From positions 18,228,001-18,292,000 of the forward strand of contig NC_043016.1 in the NCBI RefSeq assembly GCF_006345805.1: a stretch of 64,000 bases of DNA, read 5' to 3'. Shown here one piece after another: positions 1 through 11,120 of this stretch. The notes below the pieces were generated by a model that had not been told where the DNA came from, made no database searches, and saw nothing but the letters and a program-made list of their open reading frames with translations. How positions within the stretch are numbered: position 1 is the stretch's first letter; each line of letters opens with the position of its first letter. The stretch comes from Octopus sinensis (Eukaryota). The position numbers and the translations under genes are program-made.

Positions 1-441
1 CAACCTGTTGCCTGCCCTTTTACTTATATACTATATATATATACTGAACTCTACAGAAGTTCCTGAAGCTAAAGTATTTACATACCGAAATCTACCGGTA
101 AATAATTGTTGGTTGTCTGAAAAACCATCGAAAAAGTTAATTACCCTTTTATTATATATATATATATATATATATAAAGCTAACACCCATATCTCACTCT
201 TAGCACCTTATCATATATATCATCAGCATGTACCCACCCCATGTCTGTTTACCATACTATATTCACCCCTATATAACTTTCACCTTATTCACTCAGGCAC
301 TATAAGTCTCTTTTCCTCAACAAACTCTTGCAACCATTACCCACCTACTCCTACCCGCACCTCCCCACCAAATTCAAATTTTTTCCCTATCTACAGTTTC
401 ATTATTAATCTGCTTCTTTTCACTAAAACAAGTAATATATA

Positions 442-477
<36 letters not shown>

Positions 478-479
<2 letters not shown>

Positions 480-876
480 TCTTTTACTCTTTTACTTCTT
501 TCAGTCATTTGATTGCAGCCATGCTGGAGCACCGCCTTTAGTCAAGCATATCGACCCCGGGACTTATTCTTTGTAAGCCCAGTACTTATTCTATCGGTCT
601 CTTTTGCCGAACCGCTAAGTGACAGGGACATAAACACACCAGCATCGGCTGTCAAGCAATGCTAGGGAGACAAACACAGACATACAAATGCATACACACA
701 AACATATATATATATACATATATACGACAGGCTTCTTTCAGTTTCTGTCTACCAAATCCACTCACAAGGCATTGGTCGGCCCGGGGCTATAGCAGAAGAC
801 ACTTGCCCAAGATGCTACGCAGTGGGACTGAACCCGGAACCATGTGGTTGGTTAGCATGCTACTTACCACACAGCC
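478..876 (-). mobile_element. tRNA-derived SINE, family A (CORE-like body, internal TA/CA microsatellite, (AAAAGAGT)n tail)
   Basis: Minus strand has a pol III A-box remnant (GGCTGTGTGG), a B-box (GGTTCAGTCCC) and CTTGGGCAAGTG CORE-like motif; >25 homologous copies in the window. Confidence 0.9.
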
Positions 877-889
877 AATATATATATAT

Positions 890-1270
890 ATATGGGAAAA
901 AACAAGAAGAAACTGGAGAAGAAACGGATGTATGAATAATTTTTTTGTATGTTGCAAAAAGGCGAAAGTTACATTTAAAAAACATAACAATACAAATAAA
1001 TTGATTGCAGGTTGAAAGTTCATAAAATAAAATAAAAATAAAATAAGGAACCTACATATATGTTTCAGTTCTATCACTGAGTTGATTGGAATTTCCAAGC
1101 ATTTTAATACTTTAATACTAAGAAAGGTACCATATTCTAACTATATGGTGGTGGGACTTCTTCAGGGTTAGCATAGAGCTCTTGGGTCTTTGGTAAAAGT
1201 AACTTTCATCTTTTTGCAGCATACAAATAAATTATTCACTCAACCATTTCTTGTTTTTCCCCCCAATATT
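890..1270 (-). mobile_element. Penelope/retrozyme-like non-autonomous element with inverted terminal segments
   Basis: 933-972 and 1199-1238 are inverted repeats (36/40 identical); they enclose a hammerhead motif; left end abuts (TA)n. Confidence 0.6.
1049..1169 (-). ncRNA. Type I hammerhead ribozyme motif with long stem II
   Basis: Minus strand: AACC-CUGAAGA-AGUCCCACCAC...GUGAUAGAACU-GAAAC-AUAUAU-GUA-GGUU; stem I AACC/GGUU, palindromic stem III ACAUAUAUGU, GUA cleavage triplet. Confidence 0.75.
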
Positions 1271-1978
1271 AATTATTTCAATAACCATAACATATACCAA
1301 TGACTTTCGCATTATATGATAGGGATTAAACCAGTGGAATACCTTGGATTATGTAATCCCTAATGATGACTTAAGTAACTATATATATATATTTTTGATG
1401 TGACTCTACCCTATACTGTTTTCTCCCCCTATCATTTTCTCTCACATCCTTTCTCAAATTCCTTTTCTCCCCTTCACCATTGTCTATCTGTCTCCTTCTC
1501 CCCCTCTTTCTCCTTTACTCTCTCTTGTTGCACACATGTGACCATTATCCATCTTTCTTTTCTTTCAGGGCTGTCCTAAAGACTGGACATATTCTATCTC
1601 TCTCCTATCTTTTCTTTTGTCAAAGAAAATATTTCTCCAGCATTCACTATTTTACCATCATTCTGGTCTAACGACCCTCCATGTTTGTTTTTGTTCGGTT
1701 TCCTTGTATGTCTCCACTATCCTGTTTTTGTTCCCAATTTTGACCCTCCATAAATCCCAAATTTTATTTTGGGACTTATGGGAGCAACTCTCTTTGAAGA
1801 CTCATATTGTTTATGTGCTTGAAATTAGGAGTAGATAGACAGCTGACAACTGACGAAGGGTTGTTCTTTATGTTACTTGTCCTGTTTTCCATTTGCTTCT
1901 CTTGTTGCTTGTGTAGTGAACTCATTATTTTCGTATTTCATGTTGTTTATGTTTGTGATGTTCTGTACCCATACATAC

Positions 1979-2077
<99 letters not shown>

Positions 2078-2134
2078 CATACACACGCATATGTATGTAT
2101 GTATGTATTATGTGTTATATATATATATTACAGA

Positions 2135-2510
2135 TGTGGCTATGTGGCAAGAAGTTTGCTTCCCAACCACATAGTTCCAGGTTCAGTCCCACAGAGTGGC
2201 ACCTAACATATACCTTGGGCAAATGTCTCCTACTATAGCCCTAGGCTGACCAAAACCTTGTGAGTAGCATTGGTAGACAGTAACTGAAAGCGTGTCGTAT
2301 ATGACTTTGCGTCTGTTTGTCCTCTACTACCGCTTGACAACAGGTGTTGGTTTGTTTACCTCCCCGTAACTTAGCGGGTCAGCAAAAAGAGACTGCTAGA
2401 ATAAGTACTAAGTTTAGGGGAAAAAAAAAAAAGTTCTGAGGTCAATTTGGTCAACTTAATCCTTAAAGCGGTGACCCAGCATGACTGTTGTAGTCTAATG
2501 AATGAAACAG
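2135..2510 (+). mobile_element. SINE family A, diverged copy
   Basis: Homology to family A head, body and tail. Confidence 0.8.
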
Positions 2511-3501
2511 ATGTGTGTGTGTAGATGTATGTATGCATGTATGTGTGTGTATATACGCGTATATGCTCATATGCTCATTTATATTTTTGGTGTCGCGTAT
2601 ATGGCTAAATTTCTGCACGATATTCTTTTCTTTCTTTCTGTTTTCAAATTTAAACTGATTAAGATCCAGCCAATAACCGGATTCATTGGGGTGGGAGGGT
2701 GGTTGGGGGTGGGGGGCAGAGCCGTTTCTGTCGTCGATGGTGTATATAATCGAAACGTTCAACTGTAAAAAAAAAGAAAAAAAAAAGAAAAGAAAAAAAA
2801 AACAGGTTTGTGCTGTGGTCTAATTTCGAACTGGTAAAATATTGTATAAGCGAGCTGCTGTTAAGATAAAATAGTAAATAAATAAATAAACACACTTGCT
2901 ACCCAAACCAGCGTAACCTTTTGTTCAATACAATAGTCGGTGACTCATGGTGCATAACTGCTTCCCAGCGGCACGGTGCTTTTCTGTGTGTGTGGGAGTG
3001 ACTATCATAAATAGTCGGTCCTATTACAGTAACTATTATTATAAGCTTATGTATGTGTTACAAAAACAACAACAATAACGAGAAAAACGATACAAAAAAC
3101 AAAAAAACAAAAAAAATACAAAAAAAAAACAAAAAAAGAATACAAAAAAAAACAAAAACAAAACTAAATAATATGTAAAAAAACGAAACACGCACACACA
3201 TACAGCACAAATAAAAAATTTAAAAAGTGGAAAAAAATATAAAAAATGCAGCCGGTTTCTCTGGTGCGTATATTTTGGCTAAATTGAACTCAAGAGTTTA
3301 GAGGCCATCGTTATTAGACAACTTTCTTAATGTCAAGTAATATATACATTAAGAAAGTGAGTTTAAGAACTGACACATGCGTACATAGTTTCCTTTTCCT
3401 TTTCTTCTCTTTTTTTTTTTCTTTTCCTTTGGTCTTGTCCCTGGCATTATTTAACCACTTCAAACGATGGTGAGACCAATGTTACTTCCATCAAATAACT
3501 G

Positions 3502-4128
3502 TTTCTTTATTGCCCACAAGGGGCTAAACATAGAGGGGACAAACAAGGACAGACAAACGGATTAAGTCGATTATATCGACCTCAGTGCGTAACTGGTACT
3601 TAATTTATCGACCCCGAAAGGATGAAAGGCAAAGTCGATCTCGGCGGAATTTGAACTCAGAACGTAAAGGCAGACGAAATACCTATTTCTTTACTACCCT
3701 CAAGGGGCTAAACACAGAGAGGACAAACAAGGACAGACAAACGGATTAAGTCGATTACATCGACCCCAGTGCGAAACTGGTACTTAATTTATCGACCCCG
3801 AAAGGATGAAAGGCAAAGTCGACCTCGGCGGAATTTGAACCCAGAACGTAACGACAGATGAAATACCGCTAAGCATTTCGCCCGGCGTGCTAACGTTTCT
3901 TATTTCTTTATTGCCCACAAGGGGTTAAACATAGAGGGAACAAACAAGGATAGACAAAGGGGTTAAGTCGATTACATCGACCCCAGTGCGAAACTGGTAC
4001 CTAATTTGTCGACCCCGAAAGGATGAAAGGCAAAGTCGACCTCGGCGGAATTTGAACTCAGAACGTAACGACAGATGAAATACCGCTAAGCATTTCGCCC
4101 GGCGTGCTAACGTTTCTGCCAGCTCGCA
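3502..4128 (-). mobile_element. Head-to-tail trimer of SINE family B (Nin/Deu-like domain)
   Basis: Three tandem copies containing GTCGACTTTGCCTTTCATCCTTTCGGGGTCGA...GTACCAG, which resembles the Nin/Deu SINE core; B-box-like GAGTTCAAATTCC; CAAATAAC on both flanks. Confidence 0.85.
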
Positions 4129-4292
4129 AATAACATCACCGCTAACTGGTCCCACAGACCCGGTTTCCGGCCTCAAGAAAGCCGGTAATTGATATTGAGG
4201 TGGGGGCGAAAAGCATTTGTAATTGGAGCGCAGAGACGGGACGGGTACCGGAAAGTGCTTCGTCCGACTCGCTAATAATTCCGTTACATACC

Positions 4293-4524
4293 TATTTCTT
4301 TACTGCTCACAAGGGGCTAAACACAGAAGAGACAAACAAGGACAGACAAACGGATTAAGTCGATTATATCGACCCCAGTGCGTAACTGGTACTTATTTAA
4401 TCGACCCCGAAAGGATGAAAGGCAAAGTCGACCTCGGCGGAATTTGAACTCAGAACATAAAGGCAGACGAAATACCGCTAAGCATTTCGCCCGGCGTGCT
4501 AACGTTTCTGCCAGCTCGCCGCCT
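4293..4524 (-). mobile_element. SINE family B, full-length monomer
   Basis: GGCGGCGAGCTGGCAGAAACG head through AAAGAAATAG tail on the minus strand. Confidence 0.85.
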
Positions 4525-5494
4525 ACATACCCTCAGATTGGTACTTACAGATGTAGCTAGTCAAATATAATGAAAGGCAAATATAGCTTAGGCGGAATTT
4601 GAACTCAGAACATAGAGAGAGAGAGCTTGGAAAGAATACCGCAATGTCCAATGGCACACATCAACATGAATACTTGATAGGAGTGAGTTAAAAGGAATTG
4701 CGCTCAACCGGCGCTCAACCACCTGTCCAAGTTAGAATGCTAGTGTAGTTTCTATACTTTTGTATATATAATAATTATGTAACAAACACACGCATATGTA
4801 TATTTTAATGAATACCATTTATTTATGCCTGAATACAAGTTTCACTTGGATTGGCTTCAATTTTTTTTAGAGGGAAATACCTCCGTTCCCCATTGTGCGC
4901 GATTGAAGGAGAGTCGTATGCTTTTGTATGGTAGTTTTTTTTGTCCATATACATTTGTGAATTACATTCTCAATGAATAAAGGGATTCTGTTTCTTCCCG
5001 CTTCTTTCTTTTTTTCTGTTTATATTCATACATACCCACTGTATGTGTGTACGTGCGTGTAAGTTCGTATGGGTCTGTCTGCATGGGTGCATATAATCGT
5101 GAGAGTGCCTTCATTAAAAGAATTCACCTTAGTTATTATATATACAGTTGTTTTTGTTGTTTACTCCAATCGGACAGCCTGGTCTTACCAACAGTGATCA
5201 TGCCGGCCTTTTTTTTTATTGGAAGATTGGGGTTATTGGGAGTGAAGGAGATATCGGTTCGATCAGAAACGAGTGCTGCGCGAACTTGTAAAGGCCACTT
5301 GATCGTGTTACCTACGGAGTCCATTTATACCTGTCTGTCTGTCTCTTTGTTAATCTCCTCCTTTTCTCTCATCGGTTTTTTAATGAAATAAATCAAATAA
5401 AAACTTTTCAGGTAAGAAATGAACGATTAGACGAAAGAGCGAAAAAAAAAAAAAAACAAAGAAAAAAAAGGACTTAAAATTACAGAACCCTGTA

Positions 5495-5868
5495 GGCGCA
5501 GGAGTGGCTGTGTGGTAAGTAGCTTGCTTACCAACCAGATGGTGTCTTCTGCTATAGCCCGGGCCGACCAATGCCTTGTGAGTGGATTTGGTAGACGGAA
5601 ACTGAAAGAAGCCTGTCGTATATATGTATATATAGTATATATGTATGTGTGGTGTTTGTGTGTCTGTGTTTGTCCCCCTAGCATTGCCTGACAACCGATG
5701 CTGGTGTGTTTATGTCCCCGTTACTTAGCGGTTCGGCAAAAGAGACCGGTAGAATAAGTACTGGGCTTACAAAAATAATAAGTCCCGGGGTCGAGTTGCT
5801 CGACTAAAGGCGGTGCTCCAGCATGGCCGCAGTCAAATGACTGAAACAAGTAAAAGAGTAAAAGAGTA
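5495..5868 (+). mobile_element. SINE family A with internal deletion of the B-box segment
   Basis: GGCGCAGGAGTGGCTGTGTGG head jumps directly to GTGTCTTCTGCTATAG; intact tail. Confidence 0.9.
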
Positions 5869-6160
5869 ATATCGTTGACAGATATACAGAAAGCCATTGA
5901 TAGATACATAAGTCGGATTGAAAACATAAGTATATAAGTATAGAAATGACGGTATATGTTGTCTAGTCCTTGATATCCCTAAGTAAAGCTTTCTACACCG
6001 GACTATTTCATCTTATTTTCTGACATTGTATCCAGGATAACATTATCCAGTGTATTTTCCCTGTTTTTGAAACACTTACAATATGTTTGAAGTAGAATCT
6101 GACTGTTGTTTCTAGCACTTCGAGTGACCATATTGAGTCTGGTCTGATAAACAGACGAAC

Positions 6161-6207
<47 letters not shown>

Positions 6208-6208
6208 C

Positions 6209-6305
<97 letters not shown>

Positions 6306-6315
6306 GATAGACAGG

Positions 6316-6373
<58 letters not shown>

Positions 6374-6383
6374 GATAGACAGG

Positions 6384-6415
<32 letters not shown>

Positions 6416-6420
6416 GAGAG

Positions 6421-6456
<36 letters not shown>

Positions 6457-6485
6457 TGATAGATAGACAGATAGATAGATAGATT

Positions 6486-6528
<43 letters not shown>

Positions 6529-6569
6529 TGATAGATTGATAGATAGATAGATAGATAGATTGATAGATT

Positions 6570-6608
<39 letters not shown>

Positions 6609-6640
6609 GGACAGACAGTTAGATAGACAAATAGATAGAT
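6161..6640 (+). repeat. (GATA)n/(GACA)n microsatellite followed by (GA)n tracts
   Basis: Directly visible, ~480 bp. Confidence 0.97.
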
Positions 6641-7246
6641 AGAAATTGAAATAGAGAGAGAGAGAGAGAGTGTGAGAAAAATAGAGAGAGAGAGAGGGGG
6701 GAGATACTGATAAAAAGATATGACGACTCAATCGATAGGTAGATAGATGGAGAGGGGAAGAGAGAGAGAGAGAGAGAGAGAGGAAAAAGAAAACGAAAGC
6801 AACAAGCAATCATTGAGAGGAATAGTTTGAGTTGACAATAATAACCATTACACACTCATAATATGGGTGGGGTGGAAGAATAGGGCTTGAAAAGAGAGAA
6901 ATAGAAAATGTAAAAGATGTGTAGGAGGTGGATAGTGAAAAAAAGTAAAGAAATAAAGCAATAATACGGAGAGTGGGGGAGTAGGGAGAGTGGTAAGAAT
7001 TAGAAGGAGGAGGAGGAGGAGGAGGAGAAGAAGAAGGTGAAAGAGGTGTGTGTATATGTATACAAAAGGAAAGGCAAGTCGTTGCTGACGAGACGGCAAT
7101 ATATGACAAAACGACAATCAAAAAGAAAAAAAAAAGTGAGAAAGAAAGAAAGAAAGTGAAAGGTGAAGTGAAAGAGGGAAAAGAAAAAGGAAAAGGAAAA
7201 AAAAATTGGCAGTTAAGCAAGAATTTTCATTCAATGGTCAGCAGCA

Positions 7247-7328
7247 ATGGAGAGAAGAAACAACCGGAGGTCTGTGCTTGGGGACAGGAGGAGTTTAGTA
7301 ATGGACAGTAAATCTATGGATAAAGAAG
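7247..7328 (+). CDS. Candidate first coding exon of an unidentified host gene (MERRNNRRSVLGDRRSLVMDSKSMDKE, phase-1 donor)
   Basis: GCAATGG start context, non-repetitive open frame, AAG|GTAGGG donor directly followed by intron-like TA repeats, purine-rich leader, CpG-retaining surroundings; no homology recognised and no downstream exon found. Confidence 0.35.
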
Positions 7329-8744
7329 GTAGGGATATGTATATATATATATGTATATATATATTTGTGTGTATATTTATTTACTTACCTATATCTATCT
7401 GTCTATCTATCGTATGTTAGCTACCCCACGAATGAAGGATGTTTTTGTTGTTGTTTTTAAAGGGTTTCATAGGGGTAAGAAAAAGAAAAAAAAACACAGG
7501 GAGAAGTTTCTTTTTCTTTCTTTCTATCTCTGTATATTGCGCGTGTATGTATATATATGTATATATAATTTTCAAGTGCGAATTAAAACGAGAATTTATA
7601 TGCGCACATATCTTGTTACTATGTTTCTAATTGTCCGCATGTACATAGACAGTATACGTGCATGGAATGTGTGTTTAGCATGCATACTTTTGTCTGCATG
7701 TATAACATTTTCAAATACATACAAAAATAATTTGAGTTGCTCTGTACATATTTTCATTATCTATCTATCTATCTATCTATCTGTTTATAAACATATGCAC
7801 GTTCCTCATCAGATTTTTTTTTCATCCCAACAACACCGTTTCTCCTTAAAACGGCACATAAGCCTTAATTAATATCGTTTATAATTAGCAAGCATCACAC
7901 TATTTCACCTGTAGTTAGTTGTTATTTTTAGTCAAATATGAACCGAGTTTCTCTTTTAGCCCCAACTATGTTTTGATAAAATGGACCCTTGCTAGAAATC
8001 GTTTTAGTCTTGGTCATCCCCTCTTTGTTTTTCATATAGAACTTCGTAATCCTTCCTACATGCCCAAGAATTGCCATTTCCACTTCTCAGCCTTTTTTTA
8101 AATATATATATATATATTTAAATGATTGATTGTAAGGTGTGATTTAAGGAAATTTTGTCGACATTCATAACCGGTTTTTGCGATTACGTAGAGACAAATT
8201 AAATACAAAACAATGCTGGTTGTGTTATATTACTCCAATCATTACACCGCTATTTTATTATAATTCCCTTCACATCTAGGATGTTTTATAGAAATATTAA
8301 ATTTTTCTCCCCACTTCTACGTAATTTTATCGATACCGGAAGAATGTAAAATCAAAGTAAACCCCGGCGGAATTTGAACTCAGAACGTCAAGGGCCGTAA
8401 CTAAATGCTGCTACAGTCATTTTAGTCCGACGCTGAAAACCATTCTTTAAATCAACCACCTGTTCCAATTGTATTTATATTCTGGGTGTTGCTGATGTTA
8501 CGAATGATTTTGCTGCTGTTGTTGTTGTTACTGTTGTTTGTGTATATTACGGAATCGGCAATTATTGTTTCTGGGGTGGGTGCGAGGGGGGTCGAAAGCT
8601 AGGCGTTTAAGAAAGCCGGTCTAAATGTATCATACAACATTCCACTACTTTCTTTTCCTCGGTGTTGACGTTATTTTTCGTGTCTCTAGTGTTTCATATA
8701 GTGACTTCGAAGTTTTGGTTTGCTCACCTTGATGAGACTACACA

Positions 8745-8793
<49 letters not shown>

Positions 8794-10846
8794 GTGTGTG
8801 TGCCAAGTAGTTAGAACGTCGGGCAAAATGCTTCGTGGTATCTTCCGATTCTCTACACCTTGAGTCCAAGCCTCACCGATGTTATCTTTGCCTTTTCATA
8901 TCCTTTTGAGTTCGATGAATGAAAAAGTACCCATAACCAACCAAGGCTCTGGATTGCTGGATAGGATGCCCTGCTATGGCCTACTTGGTTGGTCAACTTA
9001 ACCCGTCACTCGGTTTAACATTACTACCTGGCCACCTTAGGTGCATTTAACGGTGTCCACTCTGGTGCAGCCATTCAGGCCAAGCTTCCGGTTTGAGGAT
9101 ACCTTCTTCCTTCCTCCTCATCCTCCAATCCCGGACATACCCCTTACTCTTTACAATAAAAAAAATTCACCCTGTTTTAACGTAAGAAACTAATATAACA
9201 AGCGAACTAAACGAAAGATTCCCTGCCTGCGAGAGATCACATCGCTTTCTTTAATAAAGAGCGCATTCTATTTTGTAGTCCTGCATATGGGACAGTCCAT
9301 AGAATCTGGTTGATTAAGATTGACCTGGGACTACGCAAATGCACGAATGTTGGAAATATAAGAAATAGCGACTGAATCTCCATCAAATTACACCCTATTT
9401 AAAAAAAAGAAAAGGAGAAGCTATATAGTCATTCGCAGCCTTATACAACAGTGTGGTTACGGCAGCAAAGCTTGTGTCTAATAGGCTTGGTTGGTCATGG
9501 TTGATTTGGGGTGTAAACAACGGCTGTAGCAACTAATATCATACTTGTGGAAATGCCGGTGATAGTTGCTGGCCAACGCAAGTTAGTGCGCCGGACGAAC
9601 AGTTTTTGTTACATTCATCTCGTTACTCTATTCTTTATTCAACTTCTCGCCGGGTGTTGTAGCAGTAGAAATAGATCTAATCGACGTATGTGAAAAGATT
9701 TGATTTTTGCTCAATCAAAATAAATATATTACGTTGATGATTGTCCTGGTCAGTCTTAACTGAGTAAACCTTGTAATTAAAAGCATTTCAGCCGTCAGCT
9801 TCTAACCTTTTTGTAATATGCTGTCCATAACTCCGTTTCTAAGACATTAGGGTGTGATTTGATGACGATTTGTCTGCTATTTCTAGCTTGTCATCGGAGA
9901 GAGGGGCTATGCGTTAGTGTTAGACAATATTTGTCAGCAGCTGAGATATGCAACAATTGAGAGTAATTTATCAACAAACCGAAACTGCGAACCAGTTTCG
10001 ATTTCCGATAGTTATTATTTACTTCTCTTCACCTACATCGGGCACCGATTGCTTTAATAACCTGAGTCCACTTCTTTTTGTGTGTGTGTTTCTCTTTTAA
10101 GAAATAACGGCTACTGATTATAAAGTAGTAGATTCTGTAGGTGCAAAATCATGGTTAACCGAACCTACCTGGCTATAATATATTTTCATTTATATCTATA
10201 TTGATCTTGAGACACGTACAAATATAAAAATAAAGGTACCAGTCAAGTACTCGGTAGCTTCAATGTTTCTTTAAAGCATCTTAGACGTGAAACGGAATTA
10301 TATGCAATGCAAATAGAAACAGCGCACTGATCAGGAGTAAATATAATGCAAACGATACGGGAGAAAATACGGTAAAACGAACTTAACGAACTCGCATAAG
10401 CAATTTACGTTAGTATCTTCGATCGATTGTTCGTTGTCTTGCGTTCAAATCTTGCTGAGTTTTCTGTTTCTCCATGTTCTGTAAAATAAGAATAAGTTAT
10501 TTAATTGTAGATCAGTTGTGCTCGAAGAGATCTGCTATAAAATGTTCCATCCGTGACCATCACGTTTTTTTTTTTTTTGTTTTTTTTTAAATCACGCAGT
10601 CTTCTTGATTCAGTATGTTCCCACCCCACCTTTTTACTTTAGTTCGTTTAATAAGAATCAGTTAACGGTGGGACGATCGTATCTATTTACCTTTCGAATG
10701 AGTGATGCTCCGAAAAAAAATATATATATAGTCGGCCGTATGTTGAAACCAAAACGATAATAAATAAAAGCTCCTGCTCTGTTTTTTTTTTTTTTTAATT
10801 TGTCCAGCTTTATGGCTATAATAAAGAAATGATTACTTATTATCAG

Positions 10847-11120
10847 GACTGAGAACAGACATTTTCTTGAGGGATATGCTGCCCTTCAGTAAATTCATTG
10901 AAATTTGGTTGAATGTGTGTGTTAAGGATGGCCCGAGTGAGAGGTCTACTCCAAATTGGCACCTGTAGACTTAGGAATAAGGAGGAGAGAGACGCACTGG
11001 CCATGGTACTCCGATAGTATATAGCGTGGTTCAGTATCTGTGAGGTTCCTTGGTTATCCCCTGGGTGACGTTTCCTCTGCACCTATTGGGGATTTTGTTA
11101 TGATTTTTTTTTTTTTTGAA
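10847..11120 (+). mobile_element. Probable decayed L1/Tx1-type LINE 3' end
   Basis: Frameshifted translation ...SKFIEIWLNV / RMARVRG resembles Tx1-type ORF2 C-termini (recalled, not searched), followed by a GC-richer UTR-like tract. Confidence 0.35.

Noticed and set aside
59-105. CTGAAGC...CGAAA-TCTACCGGTAAAT hammerhead-like string
   Set aside because: Core A9 is altered and no stem I can be formed; at most a remnant.
659-1015. Recurrent ORFs such as RQASFSFRLPNPLTR / NHMVPGSVPL / DPERMKGKVDLGGI
   Set aside because: Chance frames through SINE families A and B, repeated at every copy; non-coding.
1786-1833. TTGAAGA...GAAATTAGGAGT hammerhead-like string in a pyrimidine-rich element (1390-1975)
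   Set aside because: Core C3 is missing and stems II/III are weak; it cannot be supported without a family consensus.
6003-6809. 268-aa ORF and the many YI/HT/CV/LSIY/poly-I,L,Y ORFs across the window
   Set aside because: Translations of (GATA)n, (TA)n, (CA)n and (TTA)n microsatellites.
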